64,000 nt of DNA, taken from positions 35,354-99,353 of the IMG/VR virus record IMGVR_UViG_3300035698_027665; one strand, 5' to 3'. Both the position numbers and the translations under genes were made by a program. The DNA comes from a virus. Below are positions 38,286-48,084 of this stretch, piece by piece. Position 1 is the stretch's first letter; each line of letters begins with the position of its first letter. The notes beneath the pieces were generated by a model that was not told where the DNA came from, ran no database searches, and saw only the letters and a list, made by a program, of their open reading frames with translations.

Positions 38286-39452
38286 ATGAATATTCCATCT
38301 ATTTTAGACAACGATTTATATAAATTCACTCAACAACAAGCGGTTCTTTCTCTTTATCCTTTTGAAAATGTTGAATACAACTTCATCAACAGAAGGATGA
38401 CGGATAAATTTACAGATGAATGTGTAGATGCCATTAAAGCAGATATTGCGTCAATGTCACAATTGAAGCTGACGGAAGAAGAAAAAAAATGGTTGCCAAA
38501 TCACATTTTTACTCCTGCGTATAAAGAATTTCTTTCCGCTTACAGGTACAATCCCAATGAAATAATTGTCGACAATGAAGGCGGCAATCTATCTATAAAA
38601 GTAGTAGGTACTTGGATACGCACCATTCTGTGGGAAGTCCCTTTAATGTTTATAGTTAGTGAAAATTGGTACAAATACATAGACGTGAATTGGGATATGA
38701 TTGGACAAGGCTATAAAATAAGAAATAAAAACAATAGACTAAGCGAAGCTAATTGTTTATATGGAGATTTTGGGACACGTCGTAGACGTAATTTTGAAAC
38801 CCAAGATTTAATTGTGGCAGAATCCAAATCGTATAAAGATTCTGGTTTCGTGGGAACTAGCAATGTTTACTTGGCTAAAAAGCATAACGTTAATTTTTTA
38901 GGAACCCAAGCACATGAGTGGTTTATGGCACATTCTGTTTTATCTGGGATGAGACACGCTAATCGCAATGCGTTAGACGCATGGGCAAAGGTTTACCGTG
39001 GAAATTTAGGCATTGCATTAACAGATACTTTTGGGTCGCAACCGTTTTGGGATGACTTTGATCTTTATCTGGCGAAATTGTTTGATGGAGTCAGGCAAGA
39101 TTCAGGCAATCCTTTTGATTTTGCAGATGATGCTATAAAACATTATAAATCATTAAACATTGATCCTGCCACAAAAACTATTGTTTTTAGTGACTCGCTA
39201 AATGTCGACACTGCGATTAGCCTTAACAATCATTGTGCAAAAAGAGGAATAAAATGTTCTTTTGGAATAGGAACTCATTTAACCAATGATTTTAACAATT
39301 CTAAATCTTTAAATATTGTTGTCAAAATGACAAAAATAAACAATGTTCCTGTTGTAAAATTGAGTGATGATCCTTCGAAAGCAACAGGAGATGTAGAAGC
39401 AATTGCAGTGGCCAATTGGGTGTTTTATAACAAACCTTTATTTGGGAATTAA
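38286..39452 (+). CDS. pncB: Nicotinate phosphoribosyltransferase
   Basis: DNDLYK, DFGTRRR, GTSN, GTQAHEW, RQDSG, FSDSL, FGIGT, KLSD. Confidence 0.95.
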   Translation: MNIPSILDNDLYKFTQQQAVLSLYPFENVEYNFINRRMTDKFTDECVDAIKADIASMSQLKLTEEEKKWLPNHIFTPAYKEFLSAYRYNPNEIIVDNEGGNLSIKVVGTWIRTILWEVPLMFIVSENWYKYIDVNWDMIGQGYKIRNKNNRLSEANCLYGDFGTRRRRNFETQDLIVAESKSYKDSGFVGTSNVYLAKKHNVNFLGTQAHEWFMAHSVLSGMRHANRNALDAWAKVYRGNLGIALTDTFGSQPFWDDFDLYLAKLFDGVRQDSGNPFDFADDAIKHYKSLNIDPATKTIVFSDSLNVDTAISLNNHCAKRGIKCSFGIGTHLTNDFNNSKSLNIVVKMTKINNVPVVKLSDDPSKATGDVEAIAVANWVFYNKPLFGN

Positions 39453-39456
39453 TATT

Positions 39457-41223
39457 ATGGAAGAAATGAAAATAGTTTTAGGACAAATTAATACTACGCC
39501 TAGAGATTTTGAAGGCAACATGAAGCAAATTACAGATTGCATCGAAGAATCTCCAGACGATACGGATTTAATTGTCTTTCCAGAGGCTTCTATCCCCGGA
39601 TATCTTTGTCAAGACATGTTGTATGATTTAGATTTCATTAATCAAAATTTAAATTGCTTGTCTCGCTTGGTTGCAAAATCAACTTCTTGTAAAGCCACAA
39701 TTGTTGTGGGATATTATGATAAGAATACCAAGCACACTGGAAAGCCATTTAAAAACATGGCTGCTATAATTAAAGAAGGCAAAATAATTGCTCAATATCA
39801 AAAACAATTATTGCCTTTTTACGATGTGTTTGATGAAGGCAGATATTTCGAAGCTGGTAGTGATCTTTGTGTAGTACCCATAAAAGGTGAAAATTGGGGC
39901 ATAGCAATTTGTGAAGACATTTGGAATGATAAAAATTCTGATGACTATTACTACAAAAACAATCCTATTAAAAGATATGCAGAATTAGGCATAAAAAACA
40001 TTATTAGTATCAACAGTTCGCCTTATGTGAGAGACAAGCCTGAAAAAAGATATAAAACAATTATGAATTCTTGTGAAAAAAATGAATTCGATATATTTGT
40101 TTATGTTAATCAAATTGGTGGTCAAGACGAATTGGTTTTTGATGGTAATAGTTTTGTAATTAGTATGCAAGACGAGTACGTAGACAAAGCAGAACTAAAA
40201 ATAGGTGGATATTTAGTAGAATTAAAAGAAAGGTTGATGCAAACAAATCCCGACAAAAATACAGAAACCTATCATTCATATTTCTATTATGATGAAAACA
40301 TAATGTATAATCTTTTAGTTCTTTCTCTAAAAGATTACATTGTGAAAAACGGATTTAAAAAGGTCGTATTTGGCAGTTCGGGGGGCATAGACAGTGCTGT
40401 TGTCGCAGCAATAGCTTGTGATGCTATAGGTGCTGACAATGTGTATGCAATCATGATGCCTAGCGTAAACAGTAGCGAAGGATCAGTTAAGGATGCTAAA
40501 AAGCTGCATGAAAATCTAGGATGCCATGAATTGTCAATACCAATAAATCATCAACAAATGTTGGAGTCTATAAGTAATACTAATGAAAAACTAGATTTTC
40601 CAGAACAAAATCCTGTTGCAATAGAAAATCTGCAAGCGAGACTTCGAGGGATGATCGTTATGCACTATTCCAATAGCTATAATTTACTCCCGCTCACTAC
40701 AGGTAACAAAAGTGAATTGAGTGTTGGGTACTGTACTTTGTATGGGGATATGTGTGGTGGACGGGCAGTTATATGTGACCTTTACAAGACGGAAGTTTAT
40801 AGTATTGCTAGGTATATCAATACTATGAAAAAATGTATTCCTGCAAATATTATAAATAAAGAACCGAGTGCAGAACTGTCCCCTGATCAAAAAGACAAAG
40901 ATTCTTTACCGCCTTATTCTGTCTTGGACCCATTATTAGAAGGATATATTGAACATTATGCGACAACTTGGACAGAGTATAAAGCATATGTTGAAAAATC
41001 AAAAAAACGCAAAGGATATACAGAAGATGCAGACATGGAAACGGTCACGCCAGAAGTTTTTGCAAACATAGTTAAAAAAATAGACATTTCTGAATTCAAG
41101 CGTAGGCAAGCGACACCGGGTACAAAAGTACATGAAGTTGCTTTTGGAATTGGACGAAGGTTGCCTATTACTAAAGGCACAAGAAATTCTAAAGAATTAT
41201 TTAAGGAAAATGAAAATGCATAG
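39457..41223 (+). CDS. nadE: Glutamine-dependent NAD+ synthetase
   Basis: Nitrilase triad (FPE, K, ICEDIW); SGGIDS, ENLQARLR, GNKSE..VGY.TLYGD, PSAEL, EFKRRQ. Confidence 0.95.
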   Translation: MEEMKIVLGQINTTPRDFEGNMKQITDCIEESPDDTDLIVFPEASIPGYLCQDMLYDLDFINQNLNCLSRLVAKSTSCKATIVVGYYDKNTKHTGKPFKNMAAIIKEGKIIAQYQKQLLPFYDVFDEGRYFEAGSDLCVVPIKGENWGIAICEDIWNDKNSDDYYYKNNPIKRYAELGIKNIISINSSPYVRDKPEKRYKTIMNSCEKNEFDIFVYVNQIGGQDELVFDGNSFVISMQDEYVDKAELKIGGYLVELKERLMQTNPDKNTETYHSYFYYDENIMYNLLVLSLKDYIVKNGFKKVVFGSSGGIDSAVVAAIACDAIGADNVYAIMMPSVNSSEGSVKDAKKLHENLGCHELSIPINHQQMLESISNTNEKLDFPEQNPVAIENLQARLRGMIVMHYSNSYNLLPLTTGNKSELSVGYCTLYGDMCGGRAVICDLYKTEVYSIARYINTMKKCIPANIINKEPSAELSPDQKDKDSLPPYSVLDPLLEGYIEHYATTWTEYKAYVEKSKKRKGYTEDADMETVTPEVFANIVKKIDISEFKRRQATPGTKVHEVAFGIGRRLPITKGTRNSKELFKENENA

Positions 41224-42037
41224 TGATGTTGTTTTTATAACGGGTTCTCAACATAAAATTTGTCAAGATTATGCGAGAGCTAATCGGAACATTGACAACC
41301 CTTATGTCATAATTTCAGATGGATGCTCGTCAGCACCAAATACAGATTTTGGTTCTAGATTGTTAGTTAATTCTGCTGATAGTGTTTTAAGTTTAGATAA
41401 TTCTAACGCAGAATCAGTTTTGGAAACTATTGCAATTAAATCTTTTTTATATACTAAAATTTTGGAACTTCATCCAGATTCTCTTTGTGCCACATTGATT
41501 TATTTAAAAATAGAAGGCAATGCTTATAAATCAGTAATGTGCGGGGATGGCGTAATCGCTGGAAAAAGACATAATGGGAGCTTTTTTTTGAAAGAATATG
41601 CTTTTGATTCAAATGCTCCATATTATTTACGATACTCCGAGACAGAGAGTATGAAAAAAGATTTTTCCGAAAAATGTGGGTTGGATATGACTGTTACCAC
41701 ATGGGACATAGACGACAACAACATGGAAACAACAATAAAGAAAACACAATTTGACTTAGATCATCCTTATCAAATAGATGTTTTTCCAATAGAGGAATAT
41801 GAATTTGCTGCCATTTTCAGCGATGGGTTGTCTAGTTTTCGTAAATGGGATTCCGCAGAAACATATAAACAACAAATTCCAATAGATGTGCCTAATGTGT
41901 TTATGCCGTTATTGTCTTTTAAAAGCTGGTCAGGTGACTTTGTACACAGACGTGTGAATAGAGCGTTAAAAGAGTTGAAAAACGAAGGCAGTATGCATTT
42001 AGATGATTTGTCGATTGGTGTTATCAAAAAGGATTAA
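41216..42037 (+). CDS. PP2C-type phosphatase (TerY-P triad type)
   Basis: H..CQD, SDGCSSA, GDG, SDGL, DDLSI. Confidence 0.85.
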   Translation: MHSDVVFITGSQHKICQDYARANRNIDNPYVIISDGCSSAPNTDFGSRLLVNSADSVLSLDNSNAESVLETIAIKSFLYTKILELHPDSLCATLIYLKIEGNAYKSVMCGDGVIAGKRHNGSFFLKEYAFDSNAPYYLRYSETESMKKDFSEKCGLDMTVTTWDIDDNNMETTIKKTQFDLDHPYQIDVFPIEEYEFAAIFSDGLSSFRKWDSAETYKQQIPIDVPNVFMPLLSFKSWSGDFVHRRVNRALKELKNEGSMHLDDLSIGVIKKD

Positions 42038-42041
42038 TAAT

Positions 42042-43745
42042 ATGAAGGTTAAAGAACAAGGCGTAGGAGTTGTTCAATTAAATCCTCAAAGAGATTTTGT
42101 AACAAAAGGCGGCGAAAAAAGCATTTACCGTTTAGGGAATAAGACTTATGCAATATATCATGATAGAAAAGATGTAATACCAGCAGGAAAAGTAGCCGAA
42201 TTATCTGTTTTAACAGATGAACATGTTATTATTCCTGAACATTCACTTTTAGATTCTAAAGATAGGATAATCGGATACAGCATGCCTTTTGTCGATAACG
42301 CTATCCCATTGTGTAAGCTTTTCACTAAGACATATAGACAAAATAATAATATCTCTCAAAAACAAATTATAAATTTAGTAAAAAAACTGCAACTTCTTGT
42401 TTCTTATGTTCATAGCAAAAAAATATTAATTGTTGATTTGAACGAACTTAATTTTTTAATTAAAGATTTTAAGAACGTTTATGCCATTGACACAAACAGT
42501 TATCAAACTCCAAGTTTTCCTGCAACTGCAATAATGGAACAAATAAAAGATCGCCACAATAAAACTTTTTCACAAGAAACTGATTGGTTTTCTTGGGGGA
42601 TTATTTCTTTTCAAATGATAATAGGAATACATCCATACAAAGGGAATCATCCAGAATTCGAAGGGACGCCTGTTGAAAAACTAAATGCACGGATGTTGAA
42701 AAATGTTTCTATTTTAAATAAAAAAGTAAGTACGCCCGGCTCTGCTTATCCTTTAGACAACATTCCTAAAACTCTTAGAAAATGGTATGAAGCTGTTTTT
42801 GACAAAGGAATGAGATTATCACCACCTATTAATTATGAAAACGACATAATTGTCATAACTCCAATTAAAACAATTATCAATAATGGATCAAGGCTTGTTA
42901 TAGACGAATTGTTTTCTTTTAATGATGAAGTGTTAAATGTTTTGTTTAGTTGCGGCAAGGCCATAGTCAAAACTAATAAAAACGTTTATATTAATGGACT
43001 AAAGTACGATCTACCCAATTCCAAGTTGTGTTTAGGCTCAACTCCGACAAAAGGCATACCTGTAGCTGCTTGGATAGAAAATGGTATGGTTGAACTATAC
43101 GATGTACTAAATGCCACTCATGTGCCATGTAGCATGAGTGGGAGTAGCGTTTTCACAGTTGAAAATAGAATTTATGTGCAAAGCAATAACAGCATTGTAG
43201 AAATGAAATTTTTCGAAATGCCAAATAAAATAGCAGCAGCAACTAAAGTTGTGGGCAATGTATTGGACCTACCAAACGCCACACATGTCTTTGATGGTTG
43301 CGTATTGCAGAATCTCATGGGGAGATGGTCTGCTTCCCTGTTTCCAGAAAGTGAAGCGGGTTATCAGTTGTTCTTAGATGACTTGTCGTCTTATACAAAA
43401 ATATTTAATGCTAAATATGAAAATAAGGTTTTAGTGGTGACTGGCATCGATTCTAAAGGAAAATACGACAGACTTGTCTTTAGAATTGATTCATCATATA
43501 AAAAATATGATTGTCGAAAAATAGAAGATGTTGGCCCAACAGATATCAATTTCACAGTCGGCGAACAAGGGGTTTGTGTTTTGATAAACGAAGATGGGAA
43601 ACTAGAAATATTTCGCAATAAAATAGGCGAAATTGTTAGCGAAGTGCCAGATTCTGTTATTGATAAAGATATGAAGCTTTTTCACAATGGAGCGAATATA
43701 TTGTTTGCTAAAAACGAAAAGATTTTCAATATTAAAATGAAATGA
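42042..43745 (+). CDS. Ser/Thr protein kinase (TerY-P triad type) with beta-rich C-terminal region
   Basis: GGE..IY, VDLNELNFL, IDTNSY, TDWFS, G.HPYKG. Confidence 0.8.
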   Translation: MKVKEQGVGVVQLNPQRDFVTKGGEKSIYRLGNKTYAIYHDRKDVIPAGKVAELSVLTDEHVIIPEHSLLDSKDRIIGYSMPFVDNAIPLCKLFTKTYRQNNNISQKQIINLVKKLQLLVSYVHSKKILIVDLNELNFLIKDFKNVYAIDTNSYQTPSFPATAIMEQIKDRHNKTFSQETDWFSWGIISFQMIIGIHPYKGNHPEFEGTPVEKLNARMLKNVSILNKKVSTPGSAYPLDNIPKTLRKWYEAVFDKGMRLSPPINYENDIIVITPIKTIINNGSRLVIDELFSFNDEVLNVLFSCGKAIVKTNKNVYINGLKYDLPNSKLCLGSTPTKGIPVAAWIENGMVELYDVLNATHVPCSMSGSSVFTVENRIYVQSNNSIVEMKFFEMPNKIAAATKVVGNVLDLPNATHVFDGCVLQNLMGRWSASLFPESEAGYQLFLDDLSSYTKIFNAKYENKVLVVTGIDSKGKYDRLVFRIDSSYKKYDCRKIEDVGPTDINFTVGEQGVCVLINEDGKLEIFRNKIGEIVSEVPDSVIDKDMKLFHNGANILFAKNEKIFNIKMK

Positions 43746-43747
43746 GT

Positions 43748-44374
43748 TCACTGTTGACGGGCAAAATGTTGGCCAATTTCTTTTGGATCAGCCGTTGGTT
43801 GCCCTTTGCGAGTAGATTTTTTATTTTTCTTCCCGAATAGTTTTCTAGCTTTTTTTGAAGGCGGGGTTCTTGTATTGAAGACCAAAGTTCTATTATCAGG
43901 GGCAGAAGGTTCAAATGGGGATGCCCAAAAAGTATCTAAATCCGATTCGTTTTTTTTAATATATTTTTTAATTTTGTCGATGTGTTCTTGCAAGCTTTGC
44001 TTTACAAAAGGATGGAAATCCAACTCTTTCCAGTTATCTAAATCCACCCATTTGCTGTTTGTGTGTTCTTTACTTAACTTGGCTTTAAAAGGCTTGTCTA
44101 TAATACAAAGAAAAGAAGTCCATCTTCCACCGTCTTCAATTATTTTATCAAATACTTTTCCATGATTGTATCCACATTCCTCTTTAGTCTCTCTTTTTGC
44201 CCCTTCCAAAGCGGTTTCGCCACTTTTCAAATGTCCTCCCGGTGTAGTCCATTTTCCTGAATGTGAATTAGGCTCATATTGAATTGCTAAAAATTGCTTA
44301 CCATCAGTTAGAAACAATCCTGCACTTTTTTTTATATCTTTTTCAGTTGATTCTAACCAAAGTTTGAAACTCAT
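43748..44374 (-). CDS. Nudix hydrolase with capsid-targeting-like N-terminus
   Basis: Nudix box GGHLKSGETALEGAKRETKEECG; MSFKLWLES. Confidence 0.88.
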   Translation of the reverse strand: MSFKLWLESTEKDIKKSAGLFLTDGKQFLAIQYEPNSHSGKWTTPGGHLKSGETALEGAKRETKEECGYNHGKVFDKIIEDGGRWTSFLCIIDKPFKAKLSKEHTNSKWVDLDNWKELDFHPFVKQSLQEHIDKIKKYIKKNESDLDTFWASPFEPSAPDNRTLVFNTRTPPSKKARKLFGKKNKKSTRKGQPTADPKEIGQHFARQQ

Positions 44375-44883
44375 CTTTTCGGTCCTCTTTTCATCAATGC
44401 AGGTTTCAATTTTTCAAGATGTTTATCTGCCGTATGTTTTAACTGATGCATTATATTTCTCACTTCTTTAGTGATGTCAGCAGCAGAAGAACCAGAACAT
44501 CTATTATTCGATTGAATGCTTACAGTTCTTTTGTCTTTATTGTAAAATCCTTTAGAAATCACAAAGCATTCATTTTCTTTATTGAAAGAAACTACGCAAA
44601 CCCATTCCCCATCATCCCAATTTCTAGTAGAAATCAATATTCTAATAGGGAAATCTTCAAATACGTGTTTAATGTGATATTGATCTTGTTTTAAAGCCGC
44701 ACTGACATAACCTAAACTTATTTTAGCAAAAGCCTCTAAAACTTCTTCTTTTCTACTTCTGAAATTGATTTCAACGCTATATCTGCTGGTATTTACAGCT
44801 TCTTCAATAGTAGTATTTTGATCAAAATAATATACTATTTCATTTATTTGGGGAGTGTACAACCATTTTTTAAAACTTGCCAT
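44371..44883 (-). CDS. Hypothetical protein with MASFKKWL N-terminus
   Basis: TATATA motif 5 nt upstream. Confidence 0.65.
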   Translation of the reverse strand: MASFKKWLYTPQINEIVYYFDQNTTIEEAVNTSRYSVEINFRSRKEEVLEAFAKISLGYVSAALKQDQYHIKHVFEDFPIRILISTRNWDDGEWVCVVSFNKENECFVISKGFYNKDKRTVSIQSNNRCSGSSAADITKEVRNIMHQLKHTADKHLEKLKPALMKRGPKR

Positions 44884-44956
44884 ATTATTATATACTATTT
44901 GTCACTCCATAACGTTTTTATCATTTATATTTATTTTAAAAAATACTTTTATCTAT

Positions 44957-46648
44957 TTATATACTAAATTTCCAACGTTTTTTCCCACAATCCCAAATAC
45001 GTGCCAATCCATTTTGTAAAGCCCATTCTCTTTCAGTTATGTTTTCAGGACATCCAGTTGCTGATTTTTGCTGTGATTGTTTTGAAATTCTTTTTTGCGG
45101 GTTGCCGTATTTGACATACGAATAATCTGGTGGTAAATCTTTTTCTAACTTGAATCCTAACATTTTATATAAATCACCTGTAGACCATCTGTTATCGCTC
45201 CAAGAAATGATGTTATCAACATTTTCTTTTTGCAACCATGCAATACATCGCTTCCACAATTTGGATGCACCGCCGATAATTTGCGTGTTTTGTTTAAAAC
45301 AAAAACGATCTAGTACTAGTTTTTTAGAATCTCTATGGTGCCTTCCAATGGACATAATGCTTACTAATTCTTTTTCGTATTCTAATCCAAAAGATTTAAT
45401 TATTCCCCTCGAAGTGCCTTGTAGATGATTCAGTTCGTAAAAATCTCTAGTTTGTTCTAGTTTTGGCTCTACCAAATTACATTTTCTTGCATATATTTTT
45501 TTTTCAAATTGCCCTAATTTAGATTTTAATACAGAAAACATTTGCTCTTTTTTGTATTTGTATTCATCTTCAAATATTGTTATTAAAAATATGTTTTGTT
45601 CTTTACATTTTTTATATTTTTCAAAATGATAAGAACGCTCTCTAGGTTCAGGGGATTTTTCATTATGCCAGTATAGTCCACAATACTCTATTGCTATTTG
45701 TTTTTCTTTATCGTATAAATCTATTTCTTTACCATTAAGAACAGTGACATTGGATTTAAAGTTAAAACCTAATTTATTTAGGTTTTCCTTCAACGACAAC
45801 TCTGTTTTCCCCAAATTATGATACAAATGTCCATATTTGTCCAATCTGGTTTGCATTGATTTAGTTTTCACTAAATCAGTTTTCATAGGATGCCCGCCAT
45901 ACTTCTCAACACATGTTTTATTATATTTTTTTAAATACTCTGATGTCTTTGCATAGTTATCAACTCCGTATCTCTCAATACAAGTTTGTTTTTGTTTTTC
46001 ATTTATTTTTTCATTTTGCAACGGGTGTTTAACACCATATTTTTGTTCTAAAGAACTTTGTTGTTTTTCAACATATTTCTTGTTTTTCATAACGTTTTTT
46101 TGTTTATATTTGTCTACATTTGTTTTTTCTGTTTTGCTTTTCCAGTCTTTAGTTTGAGAGAAATATTCTTTGCCATATTTTTTGATGTTTGTTTCTTTAA
46201 TTTTTTCTTTGATGTCATCAGATTGCGAAAAATGTTCAACCCCGTACCTTTCCAGTGCAGACTCTTGTCTTTTTAATTTCGCTTCTTCTGTAGATAAAAA
46301 ACTGTTTGCACCATATTTCTTGATGTTTGTTTTTTTAATCTTGTTTTTAATTACATCTAATTTAGCAGGATTGGTTACGCCATATTTTTTAACGTTAGAC
46401 TCTTTAGCTTTATCTAAAAATTCATTTTTAAAACAATTCACACCATGTTTTTCAATAATGGTTTCGCTTCTTTTTTTAACACTGCATTCTTTTGATCCAC
46501 AACTATGCTTTTCTTCTTTTATGCAATGCCTTTTTGCTCTTTCAAATTCTTTTGAGCAATAATCGCATTTAGAAAATATTTTATGGGTTTGCTTAATATC
46601 AGCAAACGTACAATTATATTTTTCTTCATTTTTTTGATATAATATCAT
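44957..46648 (-). CDS. Hef-like homing endonuclease: KYG repeats, PD-(D/E)XK/Vsr-like domain, GNAT-like C-terminus
   Basis: About 8 K..T...KYG repeats; EIDLY...AIEYCGLYWH, IFEDE; IYARKC, NHLQG, GGASKL, SDNRW, IWDCG. Confidence 0.8.
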   Translation of the reverse strand: MILYQKNEEKYNCTFADIKQTHKIFSKCDYCSKEFERAKRHCIKEEKHSCGSKECSVKKRSETIIEKHGVNCFKNEFLDKAKESNVKKYGVTNPAKLDVIKNKIKKTNIKKYGANSFLSTEEAKLKRQESALERYGVEHFSQSDDIKEKIKETNIKKYGKEYFSQTKDWKSKTEKTNVDKYKQKNVMKNKKYVEKQQSSLEQKYGVKHPLQNEKINEKQKQTCIERYGVDNYAKTSEYLKKYNKTCVEKYGGHPMKTDLVKTKSMQTRLDKYGHLYHNLGKTELSLKENLNKLGFNFKSNVTVLNGKEIDLYDKEKQIAIEYCGLYWHNEKSPEPRERSYHFEKYKKCKEQNIFLITIFEDEYKYKKEQMFSVLKSKLGQFEKKIYARKCNLVEPKLEQTRDFYELNHLQGTSRGIIKSFGLEYEKELVSIMSIGRHHRDSKKLVLDRFCFKQNTQIIGGASKLWKRCIAWLQKENVDNIISWSDNRWSTGDLYKMLGFKLEKDLPPDYSYVKYGNPQKRISKQSQQKSATGCPENITEREWALQNGLARIWDCGKKRWKFSI

Positions 46649-46654
46649 TAAAAC

Positions 46655-46682
46655 ATTATATTTAAAAATTTTTGTTAGTCAA
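46655..46682 (-). promoter_or_regulatory. sigma70-like promoter TTGACT-N16-TATAAT for the endonuclease gene
   Basis: Minus-strand motifs, 6 nt before ATG. Confidence 0.65.
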
Positions 46683-46694
46683 GATTTTTAAAAT

Positions 46695-47576
46695 TTAGTC
46701 AAGCGTAATAGGGGCGATATCACCAAATTTGTTAAGCAAATCTTCAAACCATTTTTGTCGTTCTTCTTTTGCTTCTGCTAGTAGTGCTTGCCCATCTAAT
46801 TGAATACCGCCACCGGGACCGGGAGGATTAGCATATCTGCTTCTAATACGCCCGAGTATTTCTTTTGCATAGGTCAACGCCCCTTCCTGCATGGCTTGTG
46901 TTACTTCTGGCCAATCTTTCATTTCTTGAAGATAATTTACAACTGCAATTTGAGATTTGTAAGGTATCGGATATAGTTTTATGTGTTTATATCCACCAAT
47001 CCATTCCCATCCACCTAAGTTGGAGCTAACTCTACTGTACATTTGTTCATATTGTTTGTACAGAACCCATTCCCCCATACGTCCCCAAATAGGCTGTATA
47101 GGGTCAATCATCCCGCCTTGAATAGAAGAATATGCACCACCGGGATAAAAATATTCTACTGGTATTGAACCATCTAAGTCACTTGATTGAAAAGCAAACG
47201 AACCTTCTTCTTTATAGAATATATTTCTAACCTTGCCTACATCTGGAGGAAGTTCATATACGCTTTGGCCGGGAGTTGTGTGTATGGTGTAATATTGAAA
47301 ATACTCTCTTGGAGCATAATCTTCAAAAATCTTCCACGCTTGATCAATACAAAAATCTATATTCTGCTCATCCAGTTCTATTTTGATTACTGGCGCTCCT
47401 AGCATATGCAAAATATAGTCTCTTAACTGCCCTCTGATTTTTTCTCTATTTGGCCTACTTGTTAATTGTGATTTGTTTAATGGATCGACATGTCCTAATT
47501 CAGAACAACTTGAGCTACACGACATGCTTCTCATTGAATCCTTAGTAGGCCGACTTATTTTTAAAGTATTTCCCAT
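46695..47576 (-). CDS. gp13: Neck protein (T4 gp13-like)
   Basis: YIL.MLGAPVIKIEL...I...ID.A; PGGGIQLDGQ.L..EA..E. Confidence 0.8.
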   Translation of the reverse strand: MGNTLKISRPTKDSMRSMSCSSSCSELGHVDPLNKSQLTSRPNREKIRGQLRDYILHMLGAPVIKIELDEQNIDFCIDQAWKIFEDYAPREYFQYYTIHTTPGQSVYELPPDVGKVRNIFYKEEGSFAFQSSDLDGSIPVEYFYPGGAYSSIQGGMIDPIQPIWGRMGEWVLYKQYEQMYSRVSSNLGGWEWIGGYKHIKLYPIPYKSQIAVVNYLQEMKDWPEVTQAMQEGALTYAKEILGRIRSRYANPPGPGGGIQLDGQALLAEAKEERQKWFEDLLNKFGDIAPITLD

Positions 47577-47593
47577 AAAACTATATATTATAA

Positions 47594-47770
47594 ATGAATA
47601 TTAATTTCAAATTATGGTTGGAAATGTGTGGTACAGGGGCGATATACGATCCCAAGGCGAAGGGGGATTTTAATTGGTGGGGGTCGCCCGGATCAACAGG
47701 AACAACTATTAAAGGCAATGATCCCATTAAAAGAAGCAAAAATAAAAGTAAAAAGAAGAAGAAAAAATGA
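47594..47770 (+). CDS. 58-aa basic protein MNINFKLWLE... (not in ORF track)
   Basis: Hand translation; TATATA motif upstream; ATGA overlap with next gene; poly-Lys tail. Confidence 0.7.
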   Translation: MNINFKLWLEMCGTGAIYDPKAKGDFNWWGSPGSTGTTIKGNDPIKRSKNKSKKKKKK

Positions 47771-48084
47771 GTTCTTTCCAACAAATGTCGAACCCTTATC
47801 GTCACAATGCACATAAAACATTAAAAGAATTAATGGGGGATAAATACAAATTTCATTTTGAAATTGCTGATAGAATAGGCGAACGTCTTGTTACGGAAAA
47901 AGACTATAGAGAATTCATGAAATTTGTTCTCGAATTGTACGAATTGGGATATGTAAAAGCCGTTCACGAACATAAAAACATTCTTGAATCGCAAGGGTAT
48001 AAAGTTAAAATTAAAGGTTCTACGGTTGAAACACAAAGTGTTCCTAAAATATTCCCTAATCAGAAAAATCAGGATGATGGCTAG
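47767..48084 (+). CDS. Hypothetical protein
   Basis: ORF track. Confidence 0.6.
   Translation: MSSFQQMSNPYRHNAHKTLKELMGDKYKFHFEIADRIGERLVTEKDYREFMKFVLELYELGYVKAVHEHKNILESQGYKVKIKGSTVETQSVPKIFPNQKNQDDG

Noticed and set aside
47581-47816. Track ORFs 47628..47816 (+) and 47581..47814 (-)
   Set aside because: The frame 47594..47770 has a late motif, CTS-like start and ATGA coupling and is the better gene
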